A DNA stretch of 60,242 bases, from assembly GCA_045617585.1 (NCBI GenBank), contig JAZLIW010000076.1, positions 1 to 60,242 on the forward strand, given 5' to 3'. The translations under genes and the position numbers were made by a program. Under the pieces are notes generated by a model. The model was not told the origin of the DNA and made no database searches. It was given only the letters and a program-made list of their open reading frames with translations. Below are positions 49,904 to 58,617 of this stretch, one piece after another. The DNA is from Eubacteriales bacterium (lineage in GTDB: Bacteria; Bacillota; Clostridia; Oscillospirales; CAG-272). Numbering within the stretch: the stretch's first letter is position 1; each line of letters opens with the position of its first letter.

Positions 49904-50622
49904 CTGAATACCTCCCGGAAAAGCTGATCGAGCGAGATTCCTTTGTCGTTCCGGATCGCGTTCGCGTCTCCGGCGATCATGATCTGACCCTGACGCAGAA
50001 AGATCGCGTCGGTCAGGACGGGCTCGATATCGTAGATCAGATGGGTGGAAAGCATGATCGTGGAGCCGGGGTTGGCACAGGAAAGGATCGTGGAGAGGAT
50101 ATAGTCCCGTGCCGCGGGGTCAACGCCCGCGATCGGTTCGTCCAGAAGATAGAGGTCCGCGTCCCTTGCCATCGTCAGGATCAGCTGGATCTTCTCCAGC
50201 GTCCCCTTCGACATGGTCTTGAGCTTCATATCCGGGCCGATGCCGAGCCTCGCGAGCATATCGTACGCACGCGCCTCGTTGAAATTGGTATAAAAATCGT
50301 TGAAAAAGGAGATCGCCTGCTCGGCCCGCATCCCCTTGTCCAAAGCGATGCGCTCGGGCAGATACGCGATGCGTTCCCGGGTCTCGACCGAGTTTGCACT
50401 GACCCTGACGCCATTCAGACGGATGAAGCCGTTCGTCGGACTCAAAAGGCCGCAGATGAGCTTGATCAGCGTGCTTTTTCCGCTGCCGTTCGGACCGAGC
50501 AGACCGACGATCCTGCCGCGCGCAAGTTCCAGATTGAGATCGTATAAGGCAAAATAGCCGTTTTTGGTATACCGCTTGGACAAGCTCTTACATTCGAGCA
50601 GCGGTATATTCGGGGCATTCAT
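49897..50622 (-). CDS. ABC transporter ATP-binding protein (YtrB-like)
   Basis: GPNGSGKST, MSKG, LLDEPIAGVDP, STH. Confidence 0.93.
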   Translation of the reverse strand: MNAPNIPLLECKSLSKRYTKNGYFALYDLNLELARGRIVGLLGPNGSGKSTLIKLICGLLSPTNGFIRLNGVRVSANSVETRERIAYLPERIALDKGMRAEQAISFFNDFYTNFNEARAYDMLARLGIGPDMKLKTMSKGTLEKIQLILTMARDADLYLLDEPIAGVDPAARDYILSTILSCANPGSTIMLSTHLIYDIEPVLTDAIFLRQGQIMIAGDANAIRNDKGISLDQLFREVFRC

Positions 50623-50722
50623 AAACGATGACCGCCTTTCTTTTGTATTTTCGGTGACGTACGTATGATATCAGATTTTCGGAAAGAATGCAACCGTATT
50701 TTATGAACGGGAGGGGGTCTCC

Positions 50723-53182
50723 TCACTGCTTTTTACCCGTTTCCGCGGGGGAAACTGCGGTGTTTTTCTTTTTCCGGAGGAGAAATACGGCGGCGATCGC
50801 GGCGATTGCCGCTGCGGATGCGGCAATGACTGCGGGGAGGAGCCATCCGTTATCCGCCGCGGTCACGGTGACGGGATAGGCGGCGGAACGCGTGACGCCG
50901 GTCAGCGCGTCGGTCACGGTCACACGGATGAGATAGGTCCCCTCCGCGCAGCCGCGGAAATCGACGGGAGAGACGGTATATTCGTCGGGTCCGACGGTCA
51001 CGGTCCTGCCGGAAGCACACAAACGGGTCACCATGACCCCGTTCAGATCGGGCGTTTCTCCGGCGCGGTATTCCGTTTTCGCGGCGGAGGCGTCGATCAG
51101 GAGCGCCTCGATCGTATCGGAGACGGTGAAAACGGCGTTCCCGCCTTCCGTTCCGCGGTAGAGGAAGGAAACGGTCTGCTCCCCGGGTCTTTTCGGGGAA
51201 TAACCGACGAAAGTGATCTCCGCAGGGTCGACCTCGCGTTCTCCGCCCGCCTCGAAGACCGCTTTTCCGGCGATCCCGGTCAGGTCCGGCATCTCACCGA
51301 ACGGGAAGACTGTTTCTTTCGGGAGCGCGGTGACGGTAAAGGAGAGGAGACGGTCGGTCACGGTCAGGAGGAAGGACGCGGTCTTCGTGCCGCCGTACTC
51401 CGACGTGACGGAAACGGTCACGGGGTAGGTCCCTTCCTTCTGCGGATCGAAGGCGCCGAGGTCGAGGCTGTATTCCCCTTCCTTCAGCGGCGCGGTACCG
51501 GAATAAGAGAGGACGCGGGAGACGGAAAGACCGTCGAGATCGGGCGTTTCACCGAGGAAGAGCGCGGTGCGGACGCGGGAGGCGTCGATCTCCACGCCGA
51601 CCAGCGTATCCATGATATTGACGTGGAAGACGGCGCTGCCTTCCTTTCCGTCAAGGGAGGCGCGGTAGACCACGCGGTAATAGCCGTGCTCGGTCGGCGT
51701 GAAGAGCAGGGGCTCTCCGTCCGCTCCGCCGAGCGGGGTCCCGATCGGAAGATCGACGAAGCCGGCGACGTCGACCCATTCGGTCCCCGTATTGTGCTGG
51801 ATCGTATAGATCACGGCGTCATGAAGATCGGTCACGGTGCCGTCCCCGTGCTCCGCGCGCGCGGTCACGTCGGGAAGGCGGCAGGGAAGACGGTACGGGA
51901 CGTTCATCTCGGTCCCGTCCACGCTGACCGTGACCTTCGTCCGGTCGATCATCTGTCCGGCGGGAACGACCGTCAGTGTGATCGGCGCCGTTTTGGTCAC
52001 CGTCGTCCCGTCGTAATCGCAGCGGACCGTGACCGTCGCGGTGAAGGGTCCCTCGGTCCCGGGCGCGGCGGCGGGAGAGACCGTCCATTCCTTTTCCGAA
52101 AGGAGCCGTTCCCCGGTATAGGAGAAGGTACCGTAGACCGCGACGCCGGGCAGGCTCTGTCCGGGCAGGTCGAGCCGCTCCGACGGATGGACCTCGACCG
52201 TATGCCCGTCGGCCGCGACGCGGATGCCGGTCAGCGTATCCATGACGTTCAGATAATATTCCGCCTCCGCCGTATTTTTCCCGTCGGTCACGCGGTAGAC
52301 GATCCGGTAAAAGCCGTGGCGGTCGATCTGCAGGTTCCGGTCGGCGGCGGTGTTATTCCGGTCGGTATAGCCGGGGAGCGGCGTCCAGTTCGTCACGTCC
52401 CCGTGATAGACGGTGAAAGTCACCTTCGCCGCGGAGGAAGCGCCGCGCAGGGTAACGTCGGGAAGAGAAAAGGGATGACCGAAGGCGACGTTTGACTCCG
52501 CGGACGCGGAATCAACGGAGACCGTCAGCGGATCGCCGGGATCTTCTTCCCCGCCGTCTTCCGAGACGCGGCGGATCGAAAGGTCGTCGACGTAGAATTT
52601 TCCTGGCGTCACGACCGTGCCGAAGGCGATCGAGATGCGGAAGCCGGTTGTATTCCGCTGCCCGCCCGCGCCGTGTGTCGGGGCAAGGGTGAAGCGCGCG
52701 GTGACCTGCTCCCATTCGCCCTCCGTTCCGGTCAGATTGTTCGCGTAGGCAAAGGGCTGCCCGTCCGCGGTTGTGACCGGGACTTCGTCGTCCTGCGCGA
52801 AGATCCCGTCGTGTGCGTAGAAGAGCTTGATATATTCCCAACCGCGGAAGCCGTCCGTCGCTTTGAACCAGAGGCTGATCTCGTATTCCTCCCCGGTGCG
52901 GAACGTTCCGCCGGAGAGGGGGATATCGCATAGGATCGCCTGCATGGTCCCGGAGGAGCAGTCGAAGAGAAGGGAGCGGCTTCCGCTGCGGACGCCCTCG
53001 TCTCCCTCCGACGCGAGATACCATTCCGCGCCGAAATCAAAGGCAAAACCGTAACCGCGCGGGTTCGCCTCAAAGGACCCGCCGGGGAAGAGCTCCTTCG
53101 CCGCGCGCGAGGGCAGGGGGAAGGAGAGGGGAAGCAGAAGGAGCAGACAGAGAAGCAGCAGACCGAAAGAATATTTTTTCAT
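50723..53182 (-). CDS. Secreted, C-terminally anchored protein with CBM4/9-like domain and bacterial Ig-like repeats
   Basis: Signal peptide, ELFPGGSFE...FYVDDLSIR beta-sandwich, repeated KTxYxxGExPDLxG units, C-terminal TM plus RKKK. Confidence 0.8.
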   Translation of the reverse strand: MKKYSFGLLLLCLLLLLPLSFPLPSRAAKELFPGGSFEANPRGYGFAFDFGAEWYLASEGDEGVRSGSRSLLFDCSSGTMQAILCDIPLSGGTFRTGEEYEISLWFKATDGFRGWEYIKLFYAHDGIFAQDDEVPVTTADGQPFAYANNLTGTEGEWEQVTARFTLAPTHGAGGQRNTTGFRISIAFGTVVTPGKFYVDDLSIRRVSEDGGEEDPGDPLTVSVDSASAESNVAFGHPFSLPDVTLRGASSAAKVTFTVYHGDVTNWTPLPGYTDRNNTAADRNLQIDRHGFYRIVYRVTDGKNTAEAEYYLNVMDTLTGIRVAADGHTVEVHPSERLDLPGQSLPGVAVYGTFSYTGERLLSEKEWTVSPAAAPGTEGPFTATVTVRCDYDGTTVTKTAPITLTVVPAGQMIDRTKVTVSVDGTEMNVPYRLPCRLPDVTARAEHGDGTVTDLHDAVIYTIQHNTGTEWVDVAGFVDLPIGTPLGGADGEPLLFTPTEHGYYRVVYRASLDGKEGSAVFHVNIMDTLVGVEIDASRVRTALFLGETPDLDGLSVSRVLSYSGTAPLKEGEYSLDLGAFDPQKEGTYPVTVSVTSEYGGTKTASFLLTVTDRLLSFTVTALPKETVFPFGEMPDLTGIAGKAVFEAGGEREVDPAEITFVGYSPKRPGEQTVSFLYRGTEGGNAVFTVSDTIEALLIDASAAKTEYRAGETPDLNGVMVTRLCASGRTVTVGPDEYTVSPVDFRGCAEGTYLIRVTVTDALTGVTRSAAYPVTVTAADNGWLLPAVIAASAAAIAAIAAVFLLRKKKNTAVSPAETGKKQ

Positions 53183-53228
53183 CGGATCTCATCCTTTCCG
53201 TACGATAATTCGGATCGCGTCCCGGGTT

Positions 53229-55565
53229 TCAGCGGATCTGCCATTCGATGATCCCGCAGGGAGCGTCGGCGCGGAGCACGAGCCGGACCGCCTCCGTCGT
53301 GATCGGATCGAAGGTAAGCGTGCTGAACCCATCCCGGACCGTCTTTTCCGACGTGCCCGCCGTTTTCCACGTTCCGTCCGAAAGATACTGGAGCTCGAAG
53401 GAGGAGGGGAGGGAAACGCCGTTCCCCGCCGCGAAATAGACGCCGGTCTCGGTCAGAGTCTTCTCCCCGTCGAAGTCGTACCGGAGATAGTGCCCGTCCT
53501 TCCCGCCCGCGGGAACGAAGAAGAAGGGAGAGGCGAAGCGGAAGAGGTCGTTTGCGTAGGGGGAAAGCGAGGAGGAATCTTTTGCCGTGATCCCGTCGTT
53601 CACTGCCTCAAGGTAATGGGAAAGGCCGGAGGCGTCGTACCAGATATTCCCGGAAAGACGGTCGGCGCGGGTGACCGCGGCACCGAAGTCGCAGGAGACC
53701 GCGGCACGCATCGCCGGGTCCTCCTCCTTCGCCTCCGGGGGCAGCTCCCCGACCGAACGGAAATAGACGGTATAGGTCTCGTTCACGATATCCGCGTAGC
53801 GGCGGAGGGTGACCGTTTCCTCCCCGTCTTTCAGAAGGAAGCTTCCGTCGGCATCCGGGAGGAGGGAGGAGAGGGAAAAGAGCGCGCCGTAGGAGAGATA
53901 ATTCTTTTTTTCGTACCGTTTGCCGACCGCGGCGAGGAGATAGGGGCCGTATTTGATCGCGACGGTGTCGGGATCGTCCGGCGTTTCCTCGTAATAGCCG
54001 CCGTAGGGCAGGAAGAATTCGAGGGTGTCCCCGTCGTGGTAGATCCGGTCGAAGACGAGATAGCCGTTTTCCTCTTTGCCGGTGACCGTCGTTCCGTTGA
54101 GGACGGCGACCGCGGCGGAGGCGTAATAGGGAACGCGGAGCATCAGCTCCATCCTGCCCTCACCGGTAAAGGTAAAGACGTTTCTCTGTCCGTCTCCGGT
54201 CAGGGTCACTTCCCGGTCCCCGACGCGGAGCACCGCGTTTTCATAGACGTTGACGATCAGCCCGCGGTCGGTGCGGAAGCCGATCATCGAGCCGAGCCGG
54301 GAGAAGGTCTCCATCCCGGTCCCGGTGCAGCACCAGAAGGAATCCTCCGGGGAGTGGAAGAGCTTTTTCGCGTCGGTGCAGAGCCACTGATAATAGGTTT
54401 TGCAGCCGTCCCCGTCGATCGAACCGGCAAGACCGTTGAGCAGCGCCCGTTCCATGTAGTCGGCGTATTTCACGTCCCCCGTCACGGCGAACAGATACGC
54501 AGAGAGCTTGCTCATGTTGTAAATATTGCAGGTCTCATCCGGGTTGTACCAGAACTGGTCGGAGGTGTGCTCCGGATAACCGAACGCCTCTCCCTCGGAG
54601 TTGCCGCCCGTGGCGTAGGTCCTGCCGTTCACCACGATATCCCAGAAGAACTCGGCGGCTTCGAGCAGAGCGGGATCTCCGGTGATCGTGTAGCCGCGCG
54701 CGTAGCCGACCGCCTTCGGGATCTGCGTGTTCGCGTGGATGCCGGTCAGGTTGTCCTTTCCGCCGGACCACGCGTCAAGATAGAGTGCCTCGTTGAAGAA
54801 TTCCGCGACCGCGAGATAGTCCTCCTCCCCGGTCACGTCGTAAAGATTGTAGGCGACCTCGTTCATGCCGCCGTATTCGACGCGGAGGACCGTTGCCCGC
54901 TGGCTCTCCGAAAGGGGAGCGGTGAAATTACGGATCCAGTCCATCATCCCGCAGGCGATCGAGAGCGCTTCCCCGTTGTCCGTATAGACGTAGGCGTCGT
55001 AAAGACCGGCAAGGATCTTGTGGACGGTATAGAACAGGACGCTGTTCGAGCCGTCGCCGCGGAGCAGTGCGGAAAAATCCTCCGCGGGCCGCGCCATCAG
55101 GTAACCGTCCTCCGCCTGACATCTGCCGAGCTCCGTTACGATCTCACCGACCCGTTCGAGGCACCATGCTTCCCCGGTCGAGGCGCAGAGCATCGACAGA
55201 GCGGAAAGGTAATGACCGAGGGTGTGCCCCGCGACGGAGCCGCCGGTGTTCCCGGCTTCCCAGCCGCCGTAAGGCATCGTCCCGGCGGGAACGTCGATCC
55301 CCGCGGTGACGTAGAAAAAGTATAAAAGGGTCGCCGGATCCAGGCTTTTCAGATATTCCGCGTTCGCTTGCTGTTTTTCGTACAGCATTCCGGCGTTCAG
55401 GATCACGTCGCCCGCGCGGAGCGGGGAAATGACCCGTTCTCCGGGATAAGCGGGCAGAGGTTCTTCCTCCCCGTCCGGCTGCCGCACGGCAGGCGTGCAG
55501 GCGGGCAGGAAAAGGGTGAAAACGGAGAGCAGCGCAAGAAGCAGAGAAAGGATCTTACGGTACAT
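53229..55565 (-). CDS. Lipoprotein beta-L-arabinofuranosidase-like (GH127/GH146) with C-terminal discoidin-like domain
   Basis: Lipobox LPAC; YGGWE, GHYLSA, EYGGMNE, HANTQIPK, ETCNIYNM, YMERAL, FWCCTGTG. Confidence 0.9.
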   Translation of the reverse strand: MYRKILSLLLALLSVFTLFLPACTPAVRQPDGEEEPLPAYPGERVISPLRAGDVILNAGMLYEKQQANAEYLKSLDPATLLYFFYVTAGIDVPAGTMPYGGWEAGNTGGSVAGHTLGHYLSALSMLCASTGEAWCLERVGEIVTELGRCQAEDGYLMARPAEDFSALLRGDGSNSVLFYTVHKILAGLYDAYVYTDNGEALSIACGMMDWIRNFTAPLSESQRATVLRVEYGGMNEVAYNLYDVTGEEDYLAVAEFFNEALYLDAWSGGKDNLTGIHANTQIPKAVGYARGYTITGDPALLEAAEFFWDIVVNGRTYATGGNSEGEAFGYPEHTSDQFWYNPDETCNIYNMSKLSAYLFAVTGDVKYADYMERALLNGLAGSIDGDGCKTYYQWLCTDAKKLFHSPEDSFWCCTGTGMETFSRLGSMIGFRTDRGLIVNVYENAVLRVGDREVTLTGDGQRNVFTFTGEGRMELMLRVPYYASAAVAVLNGTTVTGKEENGYLVFDRIYHDGDTLEFFLPYGGYYEETPDDPDTVAIKYGPYLLAAVGKRYEKKNYLSYGALFSLSSLLPDADGSFLLKDGEETVTLRRYADIVNETYTVYFRSVGELPPEAKEEDPAMRAAVSCDFGAAVTRADRLSGNIWYDASGLSHYLEAVNDGITAKDSSSLSPYANDLFRFASPFFFVPAGGKDGHYLRYDFDGEKTLTETGVYFAAGNGVSLPSSFELQYLSDGTWKTAGTSEKTVRDGFSTLTFDPITTEAVRLVLRADAPCGIIEWQIR

Positions 55566-55631
55566 GAACGGCACCTCCCGGTCTGTTTTCATTCCGTTCT
55601 CCGCGTGAAACGGAGCGGATCGTCCGTCTTC

Positions 55632-55660
55632 AGTATAAAATAAGACGGAAGGATTGTCAA
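55632..55660 (-). promoter_or_regulatory. Sigma-A promoter
   Basis: TTGACA-17 bp-TATACT. Confidence 0.75.
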
Positions 55661-55911
55661 TAATAAAATGAAGGATCCCGAAATACAGGTCCCTCCGCGG
55701 CGTCCCCCCTCCGCCGAGACACCCTGCTTCCGCCCCGTCGGAGTTCCCGTCCCCCGCGGAAGCAAAAAAAACGGAGCGGAAGCCGCTTATTACAACTTCC
55801 GCTCGTTTTCAGGGGCTTTTCCCCCCTCCTTTTCGCCGAAACGACGTTCCGCGCAAAACCGCCCGACCTGATACAAAACCGCAGACCCCCCTTTGGAAGA
55901 GAGCGGTGCGG

Positions 55912-56700
55912 TCATTCGTCGTCCTCGAAGAAGACGTCGTATTTCGCGGCGCGTTCGATGTCGTTCAGGCGGCCGTCACCGTCATAATCGAAGGCGCTGT
56001 CCATGGAGGAAAACATTTTGTCTTCCGGGCAGCCGGGATACCATCCGCCATCGGCGGGGCCATCGGCGGAGGTGCCGGAGGTATTCCCGAAGAAGCGGCT
56101 CCGTCCGCTTCTGGCGCGGTGTTTTACGGGAGTTTCCGGCTGCACCGGATCGGGATCCATGATCGCATAGAGCTCCAATACGATCACGAAGGGCAGCGCG
56201 AGGATCAGGGGCAGCCACAGACCTCCGTCACCGTCCCAGCCGAACAGGAAGAGAATGACTGCGGCGATCAGACCGCCGATCAGCTCCAGCTTCGGCAGAA
56301 ATATGAGCATGGTGATCAGCGCGGCGAACAGGTCGAAGCTGCGCCCCGGCTTTTTATCATGGTTCGGCTCCCAACGGACGGGATCCGCGCCGTAACGCGG
56401 CGGGGTTCCGTTTTTCGCGGGCTCTGACGTTCCGACAGGAGAGGCGGTCCGCTCGCTCAGGCTATCGCAGCGGATCCGGCAGATCACGGTTTTCGGATCT
56501 TCCGGCGGGCAGGGGGCACCTTCCGCACCGAAAAATCCGGCGGAGACGACTTTGGCAAGCGTGATCGTCCCGTTCTCCGTCCGGATAAAGACCTCGTCCC
56601 CGACCCGAACGGACAGGTCAGGGCACAGATACGGGTCCGGCAGCGTGATCCCGTTTAACCGTACGGTAACGTAATACGAAAGCGATCCGCCGGTTTCCAT
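55912..56700 (-). CDS. Hypothetical membrane protein
   Basis: RBS AGGAGGGA before ATG 56700; N-terminal YLCPDLSVRVGDEV beta module, 2-3 TMs, C-terminal DYDGDGRL. Confidence 0.65.
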   Translation of the reverse strand: METGGSLSYYVTVRLNGITLPDPYLCPDLSVRVGDEVFIRTENGTITLAKVVSAGFFGAEGAPCPPEDPKTVICRIRCDSLSERTASPVGTSEPAKNGTPPRYGADPVRWEPNHDKKPGRSFDLFAALITMLIFLPKLELIGGLIAAVILFLFGWDGDGGLWLPLILALPFVIVLELYAIMDPDPVQPETPVKHRARSGRSRFFGNTSGTSADGPADGGWYPGCPEDKMFSSMDSAFDYDGDGRLNDIERAAKYDVFFEDDE

Positions 56701-56813
56701 CGATCTGTCCCTCCTTCGGTCCGTTCGGCAATCCTCTTTTTTTCTTCCGATCACAGGATACCATATCCCATGCGTCGTTTTCGGGTCATGGATCGGTTTT
56801 TTGCGCTGCCGCG

Positions 56814-57568
56814 TCAGATTTCTTCGGGGAAGCCCTCCCACTCGTCAAAGCCGCAGGAGCGCAGGGCTTTCAGATAGTCGGCGTACGCCGTTCCCCGGAT
56901 GTCGGCGATATAGTGGCTTTTGCCGGAAACGGCGGTGCCGCCGTCCGGCTCGTCGAACGCGAACAGGACCGGTTGCTGCGTCCTTTTGATATAGTGATAG
57001 GCGAGCTTTTTCGTGTATCCGTAGTCCACGACGGCGTCGGAGACCTGTGGCCAGCCGTCGATGAGGCTCCACCAGATAATGCCGTTTCTCCTGCCGCGTG
57101 AGACGCGGAACCGCTCGATGAAGTATTTTTTCGCCTCCGCCTGCGAGATCTGGCTCATCCGCGCAAAATCCTCGAGCGTATCCGGCACGCAGCCGAATAG
57201 CGTCCGGACCTGATCCCGCATCAGGCAGATCCGGTAGGCGTAGGGATCGCTCATATCCGTCCGCATACACGAGACGTGCGCCAGCCAGTCCGCGTTCGGA
57301 ACGCCGCGCCCGTCGAAGATCGGATACAGAGCCCCGGGCGCGAGGAAGGTTTTCAGGGAGGCGGGAGAGGGACAGCCGTGGTAGCCGGTCTCAGATGCGA
57401 AGTGGCAGACCGAGCTTTTATAATAATTCCCCTTGAAATAGCCTCACGGGTGAAGATATTTTCATTGGGGTCGCGCTTCCATCCCGCCCAGTTCACGGCG
57501 CAGTCGCACTCGTTGTCCCCCGCCCACAGGACGAGAGAGGGATGATTGCGGTACGCCTTGACGACTTT
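56814..57568 (-). pseudogene. GH2 beta-mannosidase-like gene remnant
   Basis: Fragments in different frames: VKAYRNHPSLVLWAGDNECD, HFASETGYHGCPS, SQISQAEAKKYFIERFR, GIIWWSLIDGWPQVSDAVVDY; N-terminal domains absent. Confidence 0.85.
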
Positions 57569-57597
57569 ATCATACTATACGCGGGCGGAAAAGTCAA
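57569..57597 (-). promoter_or_regulatory. Sigma-A promoter abutting the GH2 remnant
   Basis: TTGACT-17 bp-TATGAT. Confidence 0.55.
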
Positions 57598-57846
57598 GAC
57601 GGATGCCGCCGTCCTCCGTCAAACCCGCGGAAGACCGGCGCTTCGGGCAGGATCACAAAAAAAATAAAAAAATTCGGTCCCGACGTAATATTTCATCCCC
57701 GCGCGAGGTATTGAGTGTGAAGGGACAAAAAAAGCGCCGGGCACTCCCGGACATGATCCCGCGTCCCGGGGCACCTGAAAAGACGGTGTGCCCGGCAGAT
57801 ACGTTACGATACGGAAAGAACGAAAAAAGTATAGGAGAAACACAAA

Positions 57847-58527
57847 ATGAAAAAATTAACTGCCGTTATTGTTCTGCTCGCACTGCTCATTCCGTTCGCC
57901 CTCGGCGGATGCACGGAAACGAAAGGGAATACCGATCTTCCTGTCGACGAATCCACCGCGGAAAACGAAACCGTAAACGAAACCGAAGCGGAAAGCGGGA
58001 AGCTTTCTTCGCCCGGCCTTTTCTCCTCCGGCACACTCGGTTCCGCCGTGAATTCACTGAACGGTGCGGGCGTGCTCCTCTACGTGAACGGCATGGTTAC
58101 GGGGGAGGTCCGTTCCGCGGAGAACCGTCTTTCCGGAGAACTGAAAAACGCCATTGAGGCGCTCACCTTCGAAGAAGGGATCGAGGTCCCCTACGACGAG
58201 GAAAGCGGGTATCCCATGGGGAGAAACAAGTTCCTTCCCGCGTCCTTTACACACGCGCTCGATAATACCTCCGTTCTCTTCCGCAAGTTCCTGTCGACCG
58301 GCGAACTGCTTGAGATCACTGCCGACTTCTACCGCATGGGAAGCAACGGTACGCTTGAAAAATACTATTCCGTCCGGTACGAGGATGCGGTCGTGATCAG
58401 CGTCGGATCTGCGTCCGACGGCCATGGGTCGGACAGTTTCACCCAGGCGGAAACGGTCAGATTCACTTACCAGCGCGCGACCTACACGTATACCGACAGC
58501 GGCTTTTCCTATACGGTTACCCGCTGA
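57847..58527 (+). CDS. Lipoprotein with Hcp/TssD-like (T6SS tube) domain
   Basis: RBS AGGAGA; MKK plus hydrophobic stretch and lipobox LGGC; acidic linker; IEALTF..VPYDEESGYPMG..PASFTHALDNTS..TGELL..FYR..G..EKYYSVRYEDAVV..ETVRFTYQRATY follows the Hcp pattern. Confidence 0.75.
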   Translation: MKKLTAVIVLLALLIPFALGGCTETKGNTDLPVDESTAENETVNETEAESGKLSSPGLFSSGTLGSAVNSLNGAGVLLYVNGMVTGEVRSAENRLSGELKNAIEALTFEEGIEVPYDEESGYPMGRNKFLPASFTHALDNTSVLFRKFLSTGELLEITADFYRMGSNGTLEKYYSVRYEDAVVISVGSASDGHGSDSFTQAETVRFTYQRATYTYTDSGFSYTVTR

Positions 58528-58555
58528 CGCCGAAGAAACCATTCTCGTTTGAAGA

Positions 58556-58598
58556 AAAACCCGGCACGGATCCCCGAAGGATCTCCGTGCCGGGTTTT
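58556..58598. terminator. Bidirectional terminator
   Basis: AAAACCCGGCACGGA / TCCGTGCCGGGTTTT 15-bp arms. Confidence 0.8.
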
Positions 58599-58617
58599 CG
58601 CGCGTTCATTTCGCGGG

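Noticed and set aside
57847-58527. A complete T6SS or prophage tail locus
   Set aside because: Neighbours are a GH2 remnant and a symporter; no sheath, spike, baseplate or phage genes are in the window.
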